The translations under genes and the position numbers were made by a program. From Azolla caroliniana (Eukaryota; Plantae; Polypodiophyta), in assembly GCA_043228905.1 (NCBI GenBank), contig JBHGNT010000001.1:12524001-12588000 (forward strand): DNA of 64,000 nucleotides, given 5' to 3'. Positions 27,755-41,366 of this stretch are shown here, piece after piece (within the stretch, counting starts at the first letter, position 1; every line of letters begins with the position of its first letter). Below the pieces are notes generated by a model. It ran no database searches and had not been told where the DNA came from. It worked only from the letters and a program-made list of their open reading frames with translations.

Positions 27755-30116
27755 AATAAGAGAGCCACATTCAGTGCATGTGCAGAACTTAAAAGAAAAA
27801 TGAAGATTAATCCACAAGCGACTATAGTGTCATTCTTAGTAATGGTCGACCCAAATCAATGCCCTACTATTGTTGACTTCAAGTACAGTTCTGTAGATGA
27901 CTACACATACTATGTGATTGGAGTATCCCACTTTGTTGAAGCCCGACGTCAAATGGTCAAGGAGTATCCTCTTACCCCTTTCTTCAAGTATGCAGAATGT
28001 AAAGTGTATGTAGGCCTTACACATGAAGAAGCCAAGTGGTTAGCTTGGGATCATAACAACGATAATAACTATAGACAAAAGATGTCATGTATTGAGCTCA
28101 TCAGGTTCTTCCATCACGAGTACCTTGATGCGCTGCAAAAAATTGGTACTCGGGTGCATCCTGGATTGCAATGACAATGTCTACTTGAAGTGGGGATAGC
28201 AGTTGATGAAAGCACCAAGTCTAAAGGCCTGAGAAAATATGACTCATGGTTTACTTAGAACAAGGGAGGTGTGGGACCTCCAAGATCACATTTTTAATAT
28301 GTGGGAGCGTAAAGAAATAAAGGATCAAAGATCAAAGAAGGCTAAGCTCGACCCACAGGTGGAGATGAAATCTAAGTCACGTAAAAGTGACTTAGTAATT
28401 GAAGAGTTAGCCGAAGATATGAAGCTACTTCCTTGGCGGTCACTACAAGGAATTAAGGATGACAGATTATTGATATCTGTATTATCAAGAGTGGCCACCA
28501 AGGAGTTTAGCCTTGACGAAATGGTCACAGAGTTTCAAAAGTGAGTCATCTATGTGCATGTATTATTTTGATTTGATTGCTTTGTTGATTTGTTCTTTAT
28601 TTTAATTTTAGTTTCTTTTGTTTTTTAGCAATAAGGTGTATATGAAGATTCAAGAGTTGATGATGAAAAAATTGACCCTGCCTACGTGGGAAGAAGTGGA
28701 GCAATCTTGTCCAAAAACATCATCTTACAAGGCTCTTGAAGAATTCTTTATCGTGTTTAGAGAATGGGTATGTATGTTCTACAAATATTAATTGATTTTT
28801 GGATAATGTGTTTCTTCTTACAAAATTTATAATTACAAAAACCACCTCGTTCAAAGAAGAATAGTGACAGCAATGAATGCATACCTAGAACCTTTATCAC
28901 CCATTTGGAACGAGCTAAATACAAGAAACGGATGACAAAAGGAGAGGTGCTTGAGGTGCCTGAGGACTCAGATACCATAAAAAGCTTTTTGCACAAGAGT
29001 GATCCTTTCCGAGAATTGTATTATAGTGTATATAATGGTGAAGTGGGTAATATGCTTGACATATTACCCAAGAGACATTATACATTGCTCGTGGCAGATA
29101 TATCGTATGGCTTCAGAATATCAGGCTCAACATACGATGATGTGCCATACAAATATCCGCAAATAGAGAAGATGGTTAAGGACTTTGTGGAGCTGACCCT
29201 GGCACCATATGGCCTATTGTTATATTTCACAGTATGGGTCTGGTTATCGCTCACAACTACATTGAAGTCGAGATGCCATGCCACCGAACATATGCATTGG
29301 TAAGCATTATGTTACTATATATTTAATGTATGGATTCTATGTTGCTTACTACATATTTATTAACTTGTTTCGATTCAATTATAAAATAGGGTTAAAACGA
29401 ACATAACTCGTACCCCGGGTGATCAAATGGTGAGCGTTGTGGAGCACATGTGCGTGGGCTACTACAATGCAATTTCTAAGAAGAAGGCTCGGACACATGT
29501 TAATGAGCGAAACATTGTCAACTATATCATGTGCCCAGCTGTAACAAAGAAATTGCACCATGTGTCTGGCGATAAGAGTTTAGTAAACCCTTATCAAAAG
29601 CCCCAATCATTGATTAATCGATTGGTCGGGTTGTTCTCAAACCCTCATGATTGGGTTCTCGACATATTTTCTAGAACAGGTAATCTCATAAGTTTCATCA
29701 ATTGTTTTAAAAATGAAATATTATTTCTTGTCTTGTTTTCTTACTTTTGTATGTGTGATTGTTTATTTAGGAACGACGACTGCATGTGCTCTTAAACTGT
29801 TCAGGAACTACGTCGCATTAAAAAAGGACCCCGACCAAGTCAATTTTATTAAGATGAGGATCCAAGGTATTTGGGATTGTCCTGACTAGGATCAAGAGGT
29901 TGGGGCAAAGCATATCAACGAAACAGAGATGCTTCAGATGACCTTTAGAGAGCCGATGGAACCTATAGACAAGGAAAGAGGCGACTTGTCGACCTTGAAG
30001 ATGCACCGGGTTCTGATCATATACAAGATTCAGCTGAAGAGACAGAACATGTTGATGTAGCACCACTATCAGCTAATCTTGGAGAGCAGCTTGTTCCAGA
30101 CCTCCTAATGGAGTGA
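27755..30116 (+). pseudogene. Spliced beta-class N6-adenine/N4-cytosine DNA methyltransferase-like gene with ParB/Srx-like N-terminal region, decayed and 5'-truncated
   Basis: Exons ~27755-28540, 28629-28767, ~28824-29299, 29390-29679, 29771-30116. GT-AG introns keep the frame (one acceptor reads CAA). Motif order: LLVADISYG (motif IV), W-V-K, E-H, NPYQKPQSLINRLV, VLDIFSRTGTTTACALKLFRNYVALKKD (motif I). Stops and frameshifts present. Confidence 0.8.
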
Positions 30117-33100
30117 TTGTGTATTAGTTTGTATTTGTAACTATAAAATTGTAACACTAACTTGTTAAGGAATATAAGATTATTTTGTTTGAGTACCATT
30201 TCTTTACACTATCTGATTGGTTTGCAAACTTTAAGTGTCTATCATATATTTGTATTGGTTGACTCGCAAAGTATGTGGTTGTTAAGTATAATTTTTATTG
30301 AATAGATGATGATGAACTTATCGATTGTATGACAAATGTTGGTTATAATTGTTTCTTTATTAATATAATTGAATTTAGCTTTATTCTAGGATTTCTGAGC
30401 TCTTTAATCTTGGTTCTTTAGTTTCGAGTGTACAAAATAATATTAAGTCAACGTTGTTGCTCACTTGATCTTTCATTTAGGTTGTTCATATATGATTGGG
30501 ATATAATGTTCGTAGAAGTTTTTGGACATGTGAGGTATATAATGTGATATTCACTTGTGAATATGTGTCTAATTATACCCAAAAATGCAATTTGTTCATT
30601 TAATATAACAAGCTTTATAGGAGTTAGAGAGAAATATAGCATTAAAATTGTGTTTCTAAAATTGTTCAATTGGATTCAAATTCAACATTATGTAAAATGA
30701 AGCATATTACAATGATAGTTGAAAGCATTCTGGTAATCCAAGCGAATGTCTGGCTAAATATGTGTATGAATTGAGAAAATATAGGTTAAATTTGAAATAT
30801 TGATAATATTAACTTTGTTTTTTATTGATGTTTTTAAAAGTCATGTGCGCGTGCGTGATACATTCTTGAAAGTTTGTTAAAAAATTGTAGTTCTTGACAT
30901 CTCATGTATTTATCAATAAAGGAATGCGACATATTACCTGTTCTAAATGACCCGGTGTTTTGGGCATCTTAATTTTTTCCAACATCTCTCAAATTATGTT
31001 GGTGATGTTGTTATTCTTCCATTCCATTAACTCATTCTATTGTAGTGTATACCTACAATTATACTTCCATCAAAGTCAGTCATCAATCAAGAAGCTTTTG
31101 AATTCATTTGAGAACTCCTCCATCAAATTTGGTAGTGAATTCTCCTGCCAAATTGTTTCTATATCAAGCACTTGAATGTTCTTGATGAAGTATATCAAAG
31201 TTCTCTTTGAGTATTCATCACCATGAAGGTGATATAGTACCTTTAGTCCATTGACCATAGGGCGGTTAGGTTCTCTACATACATATCAAGTAAACTCTTA
31301 CTCGCATTTCCTTCATTGTGAAATGGACATCTATCTTGTTTTCGTTGTTGACATACCTCACATATACTTGTAAACTTCAAGTGCTTGAACTTTGGGAGCC
31401 ATTCATTGTTTTCCCCCTTGGTTTTTTGCTATAGATGGATATTATGTTGATGTGGCCAATCTACTTATGCCACGAGTCTATGTCTAGTGTGATAGAATCC
31501 TATGTGAACATAGCACTCATGAACAACTATGGTGTTTTGTCCAAGTAAGCTTCATTGAACACCCTAAGTTACCTCTTAGATGTACAAGAGCATTCCCACC
31601 AATGCTCCTACCAATGCAACCATCATTCCCCATAATTAACTCAAGATTTTCTAGACATGATTAATCTTATGCTTGGAACAAATTGCATGATGATTATAAG
31701 CAACAAAAACAAAATCACTTGATTCACACACACACACACACACACACACTGGTAGCCCCTAGGGGAACATTATGTTCTCGAAACACCCTTGGATATTAAT
31801 AAAAACATGGATGTCATACTATCGCTCCACTTTCGTAAAAGAACCAATATTTCCTAACTACCCTCCCATGGTTACCTAAGGTTTTCCTTTATTATATTCC
31901 CCCCTAAATAAACACAAATACAGGAACATGGTCTTTTCACATTTAGATAATTAGTCCTTTCATATAACAATTTCTCATTTCTATTACATAATCAATAGTG
32001 TAAGACCCATTTATGGGCTGTTTAAACTTTCCAAATAATGTTCAATTAAAAGAGTGGTAATGTTAATGTGGTTGATTGGTTGGTTGTTAGGTTAACAACA
32101 TCTTATATTTTATAGAACCTTACAAAGAGCTTGAAAGTTACACAACGACGACATTACAACAATTGGAGTTTCATGCCATATGACAAAGGAATATTTGTAG
32201 GTCTTTTGACAAGGTGAAGTGGTTTTACTCTACACGGAAATATTTATTTAAGTCAATAGCTAGAACTTAACCTTGATAAAAAATTCAGGTTATATGTACA
32301 TATTTCATGTACAGCCTTAGGGAAAGCGTGCTAGAAAGTTAGTTCTCCACTTTATCACCGAGTTGTATCTACATCCGGTGCTTTACAGGTACATGATATA
32401 GAGATCTTTTTTATCAAACCCTCGATTATAATCGTGGTCATGACTCAACCTTTTTCTAATATAAAGTGTTTCCATTTATTCTCTTTGTGGTCTATATGTG
32501 TATGCATTCTCTACTTTCCAACCATTTGTTAACAACAATGGCTTGCCTATGGAACCAATGTATATATAGGCATATTACACAAATGATTGCAAAGGTTAGT
32601 TGTGTATATAACCATCCTTCACTATATGAAATAGAACTTGTAACTAATATCTTTATAGGGACGCAATATGGCGATAAGTGTATGTATGTTTGCCAAATAT
32701 GGTGATATTGTTTCTTTCGTTTAAATTATTTTCGGAAAATTTGACATTTTTTATTTTGAAAGATCATAAATTTCGTGCATCACTAAAACTATTTATTTTT
32801 TATTCGGATTTACATGGTACATATAATGGATATTATCCTAAAGTTCAGTTAGTGGAAGTGTTTCTAGGAGACATTATTGACAAGAGGTCACCGACTTTAG
32901 GGTGCATTATTGAGAGGGCATTTTAACTATAACATTGATTTGGTCTTTGAATATAATATGTCCTTAAGGAACTTTAAACCAATCGAACTACTCCACCGCA
33001 TAACAACATGCATAGTGTCAAATGGTTAGGATATGAAAGTTTGCAATGTGGGAATAATTTAGGATCCTTGAGTTTATTATTTCGTGGCATGTTCAAGCAT

Positions 33101-34174
33101 TCCAAAATCAGGCATTGATCTAATTTTAAACATGCATCAAGTCAAAAATTCCATGTGAAAACATTGTCACATACGCAAATGATATTGAGCTCACATGGGT
33201 AAGAGAAAGAAAGATGAGATGAGGTGTTGATTGCAAGTCATATCTTGCGATTGTAAATTACCGTCAGAATCAAAACAGTAAACAAATATCTATGACTCAT
33301 CAAGCAAATTAGATTGCACCATCAAAGAAAAACAATCTTGCATGAAACACGTGGAAAAAAAACCTTTGGAGGGGAGTGTTGGAAATGCAGCACCTTAAAA
33401 GGAAATCAATGTTAAGCATGAATGTAAAAGAAACTTTCGTTTATACATCTTTGAATAGTTTAAACTTTGAAGAAATAACTCGAACCATTCTTCATATTTG
33501 ATACGCCACATTGAATAGAATCTCATTTGCTTTCCCTCGATGCCACACGAATTTATAAACATTTCTCTTCTAGAGTTAAGAGTTTCCCAATCGCATAGCT
33601 AAAAAGTAAACTTATCAAAATACCTTAATATTTGAACTATTAAAACATCCTCTTTCTCAATACGGTGATTCTTTGAGTCACATCATTCATGACACAAGAC
33701 TTGTGTGTTTCTTTGTCATCTAACTTCAAGGACATTATGTGATCAATTGTGGATATCCATTGGTAGCAAGTAGAATTTGACAATTTCTAATATGGAATCT
33801 AAGGCACATTGTTGGCAATAGGTAGAGGCCATAATGCAAAGCACTTATTGTGCTAAAACAATTCCAAAAAAGGCATTATCTAGAACATTAATTAATATTC
33901 TGAGAGCCCACAATGCAATACACAATTGCACAAAACTAATTTGAACAAACACAATTTGGGAAATCAAAAATGTAATTTTACTTATCATTTTAATTCCTAG
34001 TTACTTATCGTCGTAGAGAGATCACTAGATGAGCAAACCATAGAACACATACTTTTGAGGCATAAGCGAAGCACATTTTCCTTATTTATCTTAGGCATAT
34101 CTAGTTTAGAGTAAGTGCTCAAGTGCTAATTAAGAATATAAAATAGTTAAACTTGTATGTGATAAGCTATCAAT

Positions 34175-34514
34175 GCAATGAAATTCTTCAGGAAACTAGT
34201 AATATTTAAAAAAGTTGTAAGTTTTAACTTAATCATTTCTTCAGAATTGAACTCACAAAATGCAATTATTTACAAAACCTATTAGTAATATTTTAAAAAG
34301 TTGTAAGTTTTCGCTCTATCTTTCTTCAAAATTGAACTCGCAAAATGCAATTCTTTAGTAAACCTAATTAATAATATTTTTAAAAGTTGTAAGTTTTAGC
34401 TCCATCCTTCTTCAAAATCAGACTCGCAAAATGCAATTATTTAGGAAACCTACTAATAATATTTTTAAAAGTTGTAAATTTTAGCTCCATCCTTCTTCGA
34501 AATTGAACTCGCAC
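34175..34514. repeat. AT-rich tandem repeat, ~85-bp unit, ~4 copies
   Basis: TGCAATT recurs at 34261, 34346 and 34432, along with AAAAGTTGTAAGTTTT and CTTCAAAATTGAACTCGCA. Confidence 0.85.
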
Positions 34515-34791
34515 AATTTGTGAATGTCCATATCATGCATGGAGTATGTTGCTCATGTGACTTCCGATATTTGAGTTTAAGAGAAAAAAATGTTTCAAAG
34601 GCATGCCATTTATTTGCAATGTCTTTTTAAGTGTGAATTTATTGAAGGGAGCACTATTTGATAGATGTTTGTATGTGCATTCTACTAACCTAATGCATTA
34701 AAAATCACTATAATTCTTTTGATTGTGTCAAACTCCATTATAAATGAAAAGAGCTAATATTTGGAAAAGTTTTGATTAATGGCCTTGATAT

Positions 34792-35149
34792 CATAGTTGT
34801 TAAAAAAACGTGTATTCTATGCTTAGAATATGTGCTAGAATACTTTGAAGTATTTTATGCGTATTCTAGTTTTAGAAGCGCCATGTTATAATTTATTTCA
34901 CATATTCAAAGTATTCTACATATCTATGTATTTGACAAGTGTTTATCGTTTCCAAGAAGCTAAAAAAATAAACAATTAAATTTATTTTTTCATTTTTAAG
35001 AAGTATTGAACGTATTTTACACGTATTCTACATATTTAACGTATTTAATGCATTTTATCTATAGAATATGTATTTATTGTAAAAAGGAAGAATACTTGGA
35101 TAAGTACAGTATTCTACGCATATAGTACCTTAAGCATTCAACAACAATG
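34792..35149. mobile_element. hAT-type MITE
   Basis: TIRs CATAGTTGTT / AACAACAATG. 8-bp TSD CTTGATAT on both sides. Internal GTATTC repeats. Confidence 0.88.
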
Positions 35150-36374
35150 CTTGATATCTATACTAAAGAACTAGAGACTAGAAGATAAACAACAGAAAAC
35201 ATCTCAAACACATTGTTTTCTTGCAAGTCCTATTGTACTACCTTATTCCCAAAGATGGACTCCTACATGTCTGTCTACTATAACATTATCTTACCTTACC
35301 ATCCTATTCCATAAATGTGGAATGCGACATACCTATTGTACCATTGTTTACAAAAGTTGATGCGTTTGTTTAAAGATCATAAAATTGTCGTATTGATGGT
35401 TTAAGTGCAAAGAAATATATGTGTCAAAGCTTAAACATGATTGAAATTTTATTGACAATAAATGTTTCCGATAATATCATTCCAATACAAGCATTGCTTG
35501 TGATTAGTGTGAATTTTATAGTGGGCCATGTGATGTGGATGACCTAAACAGATGAAAGGCTAAAGGGATTTTATAAAGCCAATGGAATTGTTTGTAGATA
35601 AGACATGTGCAATCCATGGATTTCATCAACTATGTAAATTATCATTCAATTAAAAGGGACTCCTCTTTTGACCAAACAATCCGTTGTCTCTTATTGGTCC
35701 ATCGTTTGACAATGTACATATTTGCAATTTAAGGATAAATTTTCTTGCCACGTTATGACCTTTTGAAAGGAAAACCATCATTGTTTGTGTGATCTCCCTT
35801 AACCTTGAATTAGATATGCAAGGTAAGAATCGATAACCATGCCATTTGAGTTGAAAAAGAACTCATGAGAAATAAGCTCAAGATGTAACATTTTCAAATA
35901 TGTTTTATAGAGAATATGGTTAGCCTTGTACAATACATAAAAGTATGCTTACATTTTTTGGAAAAAAAAGTATGCTTACAATGATTCCAATAAGTATCCA
36001 TGTTTCTCTATCTCTTATCATCCTTTATATTTAGGGAGCTTCTCCTCTACACATGATCTATGCCACAAATCATGCACATTCTTGTATGCAAGAAGATGTC
36101 AAGGTAGAAAGTGGATTCTAGCATTCTTTTAAATAATTTGTTTAGAAGTCATGCAAAACGTAAAGTTAAGATGGTGTATGTGATTTACTGCCTCGTCATG
36201 GTTTATTGCATCTTTCATTCTAAAAGACTATATGGTCTAAGATATTAGGTACAATTGGATGAGAAATGAATTTAAAAGGTTGGCACATGTGAGATGGACA
36301 ATAGTTTAAAAGTTGTCTCCACTAGGCACATGTGTTTGTTTTTCAGATGCTTTTGTGAACTCTAATGTCTGTAA

Positions 36375-36382
36375 TATATAAA
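36375..36382 (+). promoter_or_regulatory. Candidate TATA box of the C2H2 gene
   Basis: TATATAAA about 55 nt upstream of ATG 36433. Confidence 0.45.
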
Positions 36383-36432
36383 GGACCATCTAGTTCATCC
36401 AATTCTTACCAAGTATCATATCCATTACCGCC

Positions 36433-37512
36433 ATGTCCCATTATGATGAAGAGCCTTTAGTAGAGTCACACCAAAATCCACCTTCTCCAAATAGAGCTTC
36501 TTTTGTAATGAATAATGCAAGTATAATAGCCAATGCAAGTGCACTAATGAATGATAATATCTTGGATGAAATGAATGAAGGCATTGCAAGCCTGAGTTGC
36601 CCCAAATTTGGTGGATGCAAATCAATCGCACTTCATAACCTAATCAACACCCAAAAACAATGGGATGAGGTACATATCACTCTCCTTTGTCTCTTGTTCA
36701 CCTTAAAGTACACTCTGTCAATTGATCAAAGTCACTCACAGGTAGATTACTATTGGGAGCAATTGCATCCTATCCCATGAACGTATTCTCGATCTAGACA
36801 TATTTGTAGGACCAAAAGACATCATGTGCATCCAAACACATACAATTTCAGACTATGTCACATTCAATTTACCTTGATGCCAACACATAATTCCCATTTT
36901 TGTCAATTGTGGTTACAAATTAACACTATTGTAGGTAGATTACCATTAGAAGCCAACCTTGAATCACATAGAGGATCACATTTTGGGCTTTACTTGAAAA
37001 GTGGTTGTTTGGGTCTTAAATGGCTTTTTCTTGATCATTGACTTTAACATGATTTAAGAAAAACCTCATGGTGATTGGATGCATAGATTTTGTGTGAAGC
37101 CTCTTGTTAATGTAAGGTATTGCAGGAGCTATTATTAGAAGATGGTCCTCAGAACAATTACCGCATGTTGAAGCCTAGTTCCACTTGCGATGATGATGTC
37201 TACAAATCAATGCGGCAACGAAAATATGTATGCAACTTTTGCACAAGGGAGTTCACAAGCTCTCAAGCATTGGGGGGTCACCAAAATGCTCACAAGCGGC
37301 AAAGACATCAACACTTGATAGCCAAGAGTTCCTCTAGTACTTTGTCCGATACTATTTGTACAAAAGGGACCACTATCATTAAGAGTAAGATTAGCTCACC
37401 TTCACCACTTGTATTGTTCCATTCAACCCACAATCCTTCACATTCCATTATTTCGTTTGGAAATTCAAGTGTGAGTGAAAGCACCCCCTTGGATCTGTGC
37501 CTTCACCTTTGA
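36433..37512 (+). CDS. Single-finger QALGGH C2H2 zinc-finger protein with C-terminal EAR motif (SUPERMAN/ZFP-like); exons 36433-36669 and 37126-37512, ~207 aa
   Basis: [23 protein letters not shown] and terminal LDLCLHL. A phase-0 GT..TGCAG intron joins the two ORFs. Exon 1 is less certain than exon 2. Confidence 0.8.
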
Positions 37513-39260
37513 CCCTTTAACATTCCCACATGATAAATGAATGTTAAATTGGAACATCTTGAACCTTCTCCTAGTTAACAAGTATATGTTTCTTTCTCTT
37601 GTTCTAGAATGTACACATGTAGTGCTAATCTAGAATGTACACATGTAGTGCTAAGGAAAAGGGGCCCCTCTTCCACTAGAATGTCGGTCAATATTTTTAA
37701 CTCACGGTATGAACGGATCTTATGTTCATCATAGAGAAATGCTTCTTGTCATTATAATTTATGATTATGTCATGCTCAAAAAAAGAACCTAATTATTTGG
37801 CAATGATGATTTTCCTAGACTGTCACTATTTTATATCATTTCATGCTCAAAAAAGAAACTCAACTAGTTGATAAAGATGTCATGAGTTTCTATCATTTCC
37901 TATTATCAAATACATGAAAAGGACATAAATCCATTAGCAAAGAAAAATGTCACCAACATTGTGAATCCTATGTATAATAACCCCAAAGCTTTTATAACAT
38001 TTGAAAAAACTAACGTAAACGTCATTTACTGTTAGATGATTATCATTCACAAACTACTCTCCATTTGGGGGGTATTTGATAAAAGAAATACCTTTTCACA
38101 TTGATTTCTATGTGATAGTCAAGTCATTTGTTGGCATGGTAGTTGGTGCTTGTGGTTCTATCTTGGCTTAACGGCTAACACTCTAGTCTTTCAAGATTTA
38201 TGAAAACAATTAAGATACTTTCCATACATTACTCTTCGACATAGGTTCATTCAGACTAGATATCAAATTGATTTTAATTTTATGTAAGAGCTATCGATCT
38301 CTAAGTAGTTATAATAATTGATAATATACCCAAAGAATACCAATAGTGCCTACATTATTTTGTCACATCAAATGAATATAAAATCATGGGAGTTACGCAA
38401 CATAAATATATGTCAAAGTAAGACCACACTTGTTCGATATCAAGTCTACGTAATGAATGATGATATTGCAATTGCAATTGGACACTTGATAACAAATTGA
38501 TTGATCCAAATTGGTATAATTGATTATATCAAAATAAGTTGTAGTGATTGGATGATTCATTTATATCTAAGTCAAATTAAATTTGAAATAACAGTTGTTT
38601 CATAACATATACATACTCACTAATATTTATTCATCATGTGCATTATTAGGCTAGAAAGCTGCGCTGATCCAAACATAATGTTTAATGCCCACATCCATCC
38701 ATTTCAACAATCTAGAACTTCAATCTTCATCAGATATCATTTTACATAAGTCCATAATTTATGCGACCAAACCACCAACATTCATGCATGATATGTACCA
38801 ATGCAGATTCGTATAAAAGGACATCATTTGCTCAAAAGAGAATCATTTGCCTATAACGCTGGCTCTCCTATTTATGATTTAATGAATGCTGGTCTGTAGG
38901 AATAAACTACAAGTAGGGGAGTATTTGGATCAATTTTAAAGCTGTGAATATTTCCATTTATCTCGCTAGATTGTGAAATTTACATGAAACAAACAAATCT
39001 CACAGCAACTTGCTCAAATTCTACAGCTCTGTGGTTGACAGTCAACAAAAAAAGATGAACTCTAGTCTCGTTTATGTAATGGCTAAGGCCATTGGATTAT
39101 ACACATGGGAGAGTCGGTTAATGAAAATACAATCATGAATCCATATTAGAAAAAGTTCAAAATTTACAAATAATAAGAACCCATTGTTAACTATGCAAAG
39201 TATTAATTTTTTTTTACAATAGAGGTTAGCTGCAGTTAGTTAAGATGTATGCACATTTGA

Positions 39261-41366
39261 TTACTTGCGTTTTTGCCTTTTATGGTGATATGCAACAGCA
39301 TATGAGGAGTGCAAGTAGGGGGAATTTGCCAGTTCCTTAGGGACAAAAACCCCTGAAGACTGCAGAAGGCTGACAAAACTTTTGAAAATCCCTTTGTTTT
39401 CATTGTTGATAAAAACAATGGCCGAGCCAGGCATCCCAAGCCTCGATGCTCTCCCAATCTGGTGAACATATTCCTCGAGAGAATTTGGCATGTCGAATAC
39501 AACCACTTGTCTCACTTTAACTAGATCCAATCCTCTTCCAAGAACACCCGTTGCCACCACGATTGGAAGCTCACCCATCAAGAAAGAGCCGAGCACTCTC
39601 CGCCTCTCTGACATCTCTTTCTCACCGTGTAATGCCTCAGCTTTTAAACCAGTCACTTGACAGATGGCCTCTGCTAATAGTTCGGCACCCACCCTTGAGC
39701 TCACAAACACTACCAAAGGGGGTTGATAGTGTGCATTGCTCTTCAAAATGTCAAATAACTTTGCTTTCTTCTTATTGGACTCCACCCAAATGACCGTCTG
39801 TTTCACAGCATGACAAACCACAATGGAGTTATTGTGGTGCGCGTCTGTGTTGTTACCGCCAACAAAGACTTGGACGGCTCGTTTGAGGAGAGAGGTTGCA
39901 AGCTTCTCTATGCTTGGTGGGATGGTTGCTGAAAAAAGCATGAGCTGTGGTCTCGACAATGCCCTCACAACTAGCATTACTTCATCCCGAAAGCCTTTTT
40001 CGAGCATACAATCCACCTCATCTAGTACAAGCACACATACATCACTGAGGTCAATCGGATGCTTTGTTAATAGATCCACTAGACGTCCAGGTGTCCCAAT
40101 GATGAGCTCTACCCCTTGCTTAAGCCTATATAGTTGTTGTGGCAAAGCATCTCCCCCAACAATGAGAGCTGTCTTGAATGGAAGCCCTTTACCGAATACC
40201 TTCGCTTGCTCCTCAACCTATTGAGATGATGTCACATAATCAGAAATAAAATTAAGTTCATCTTTGAAAACCCAGTGTTTCCTCGTTTATGAACACCACA
40301 TTCTTTATGAAATATCTAGCTAATCTCCCAACTTTTCTCAAAATTTAGGATAATGCCACATAATCATAAACAAAATTATGTCCATCTTTGGAAACACAGT
40401 GTTTCTTCATTTATGAGCATCACATTTTTTGTTATATCATTACTATAGAAATATTTTGCTAATCTCCCCAACTTTCGCAAAACTGTTGAGAATATGGGTG
40501 ATTTGTGCAAATTATGATAAAAGCATAAAATATTACAGACTGGAGAATATTTCAGAAAAAGATTGATCATAAAAGATAGACAAGAAACAAAAAATTTGAA
40601 AATCTTCGAATATAATTGTCTCGTTGAACATGGGCCACTAATTTTCACCTTGAAATATATATACCATTATTAGTTTTGTACATACCTGTGAACAAAGCTC
40701 TCTAGTAGGTGTCATCACAATGGCCAAAGGTTTCTCTCTCTTAATCACAAAACGGCTCCGGATCAGACAACACTTTGCGATGATAGGAAGCAAGAAGGAC
40801 CCAGTTTTCCCTGACCCTGTTTCCGCCCTAACAAGAATATCTCGGCCCTTTAAAGCGAGCGGAATCACCTGCATTTGCACTGGGGTTGGAAGACTAAATC
40901 CAGCACTCTCAAGGTTACTCTGGAGCCTCTGTGGAAATTTGCAGTCAATGAATTCCAATATCGGCGGAGGAACTGATTCGCCTTTGATGTTAACACCAAT
41001 CTCTTGCCTAAGCCTCTCGGCTTGAATGTTTGTGAGTGGGTGTAAACTTTCCCAGTTGGGAAAGATATTATGCTCTTTATCATTCACATACACACACTCG
41101 TCTTCAAAGGAGACAATCTTGACAGGATGTATAGCCGGTGCTGATGTCGGACATATTGATGACACCAGATTGTCAATGCTTCTTTTTCTACTACCACTTC
41201 TTTTGAGGGCTATGTCTTTACATTGTAGAGAGCATACATCTTCATCAGTTTCATCGCAGATATACTCGCCATATCGGGAACAGATAACACACAACGGCTC
41301 TCCCTGCTCTGCTTCGCGTTGTTGTTCGCTTCTCTCTTTGATAAGATCTTCCTCTGCAGAGGGCAT
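39261..41366 (-). CDS. RH41: DEAD-box RNA helicase with N-terminal zf-HIT (plant RH41 / DDX59 type); exons 41366-40686 and 40217-39261, ~545 aa
   Basis: CVICSRYGEYICDETDEDVCSLQCK, Q motif PTPVQ, AETGSGKT, PTREL, TPGRL, DEVD, SAT, RGLD, HQIGRASR. CAG|GTATG donor and ATAG|GTT acceptor are in phase 0. Splice-like signals up to ~42190 suggest further 5' exons. Confidence 0.92.

Noticed and set aside
31640-34170. Possible genes in the AT-rich stretch
   Set aside because: Only short motif-less ORFs, a CA microsatellite and possible very old TE debris. Nothing supportable.
40240-40480. Degenerate tandem duplication in the helicase intron (and a 24-bp duplication at ~37604-37653)
   Set aside because: Ordinary local duplications with no sign of function.
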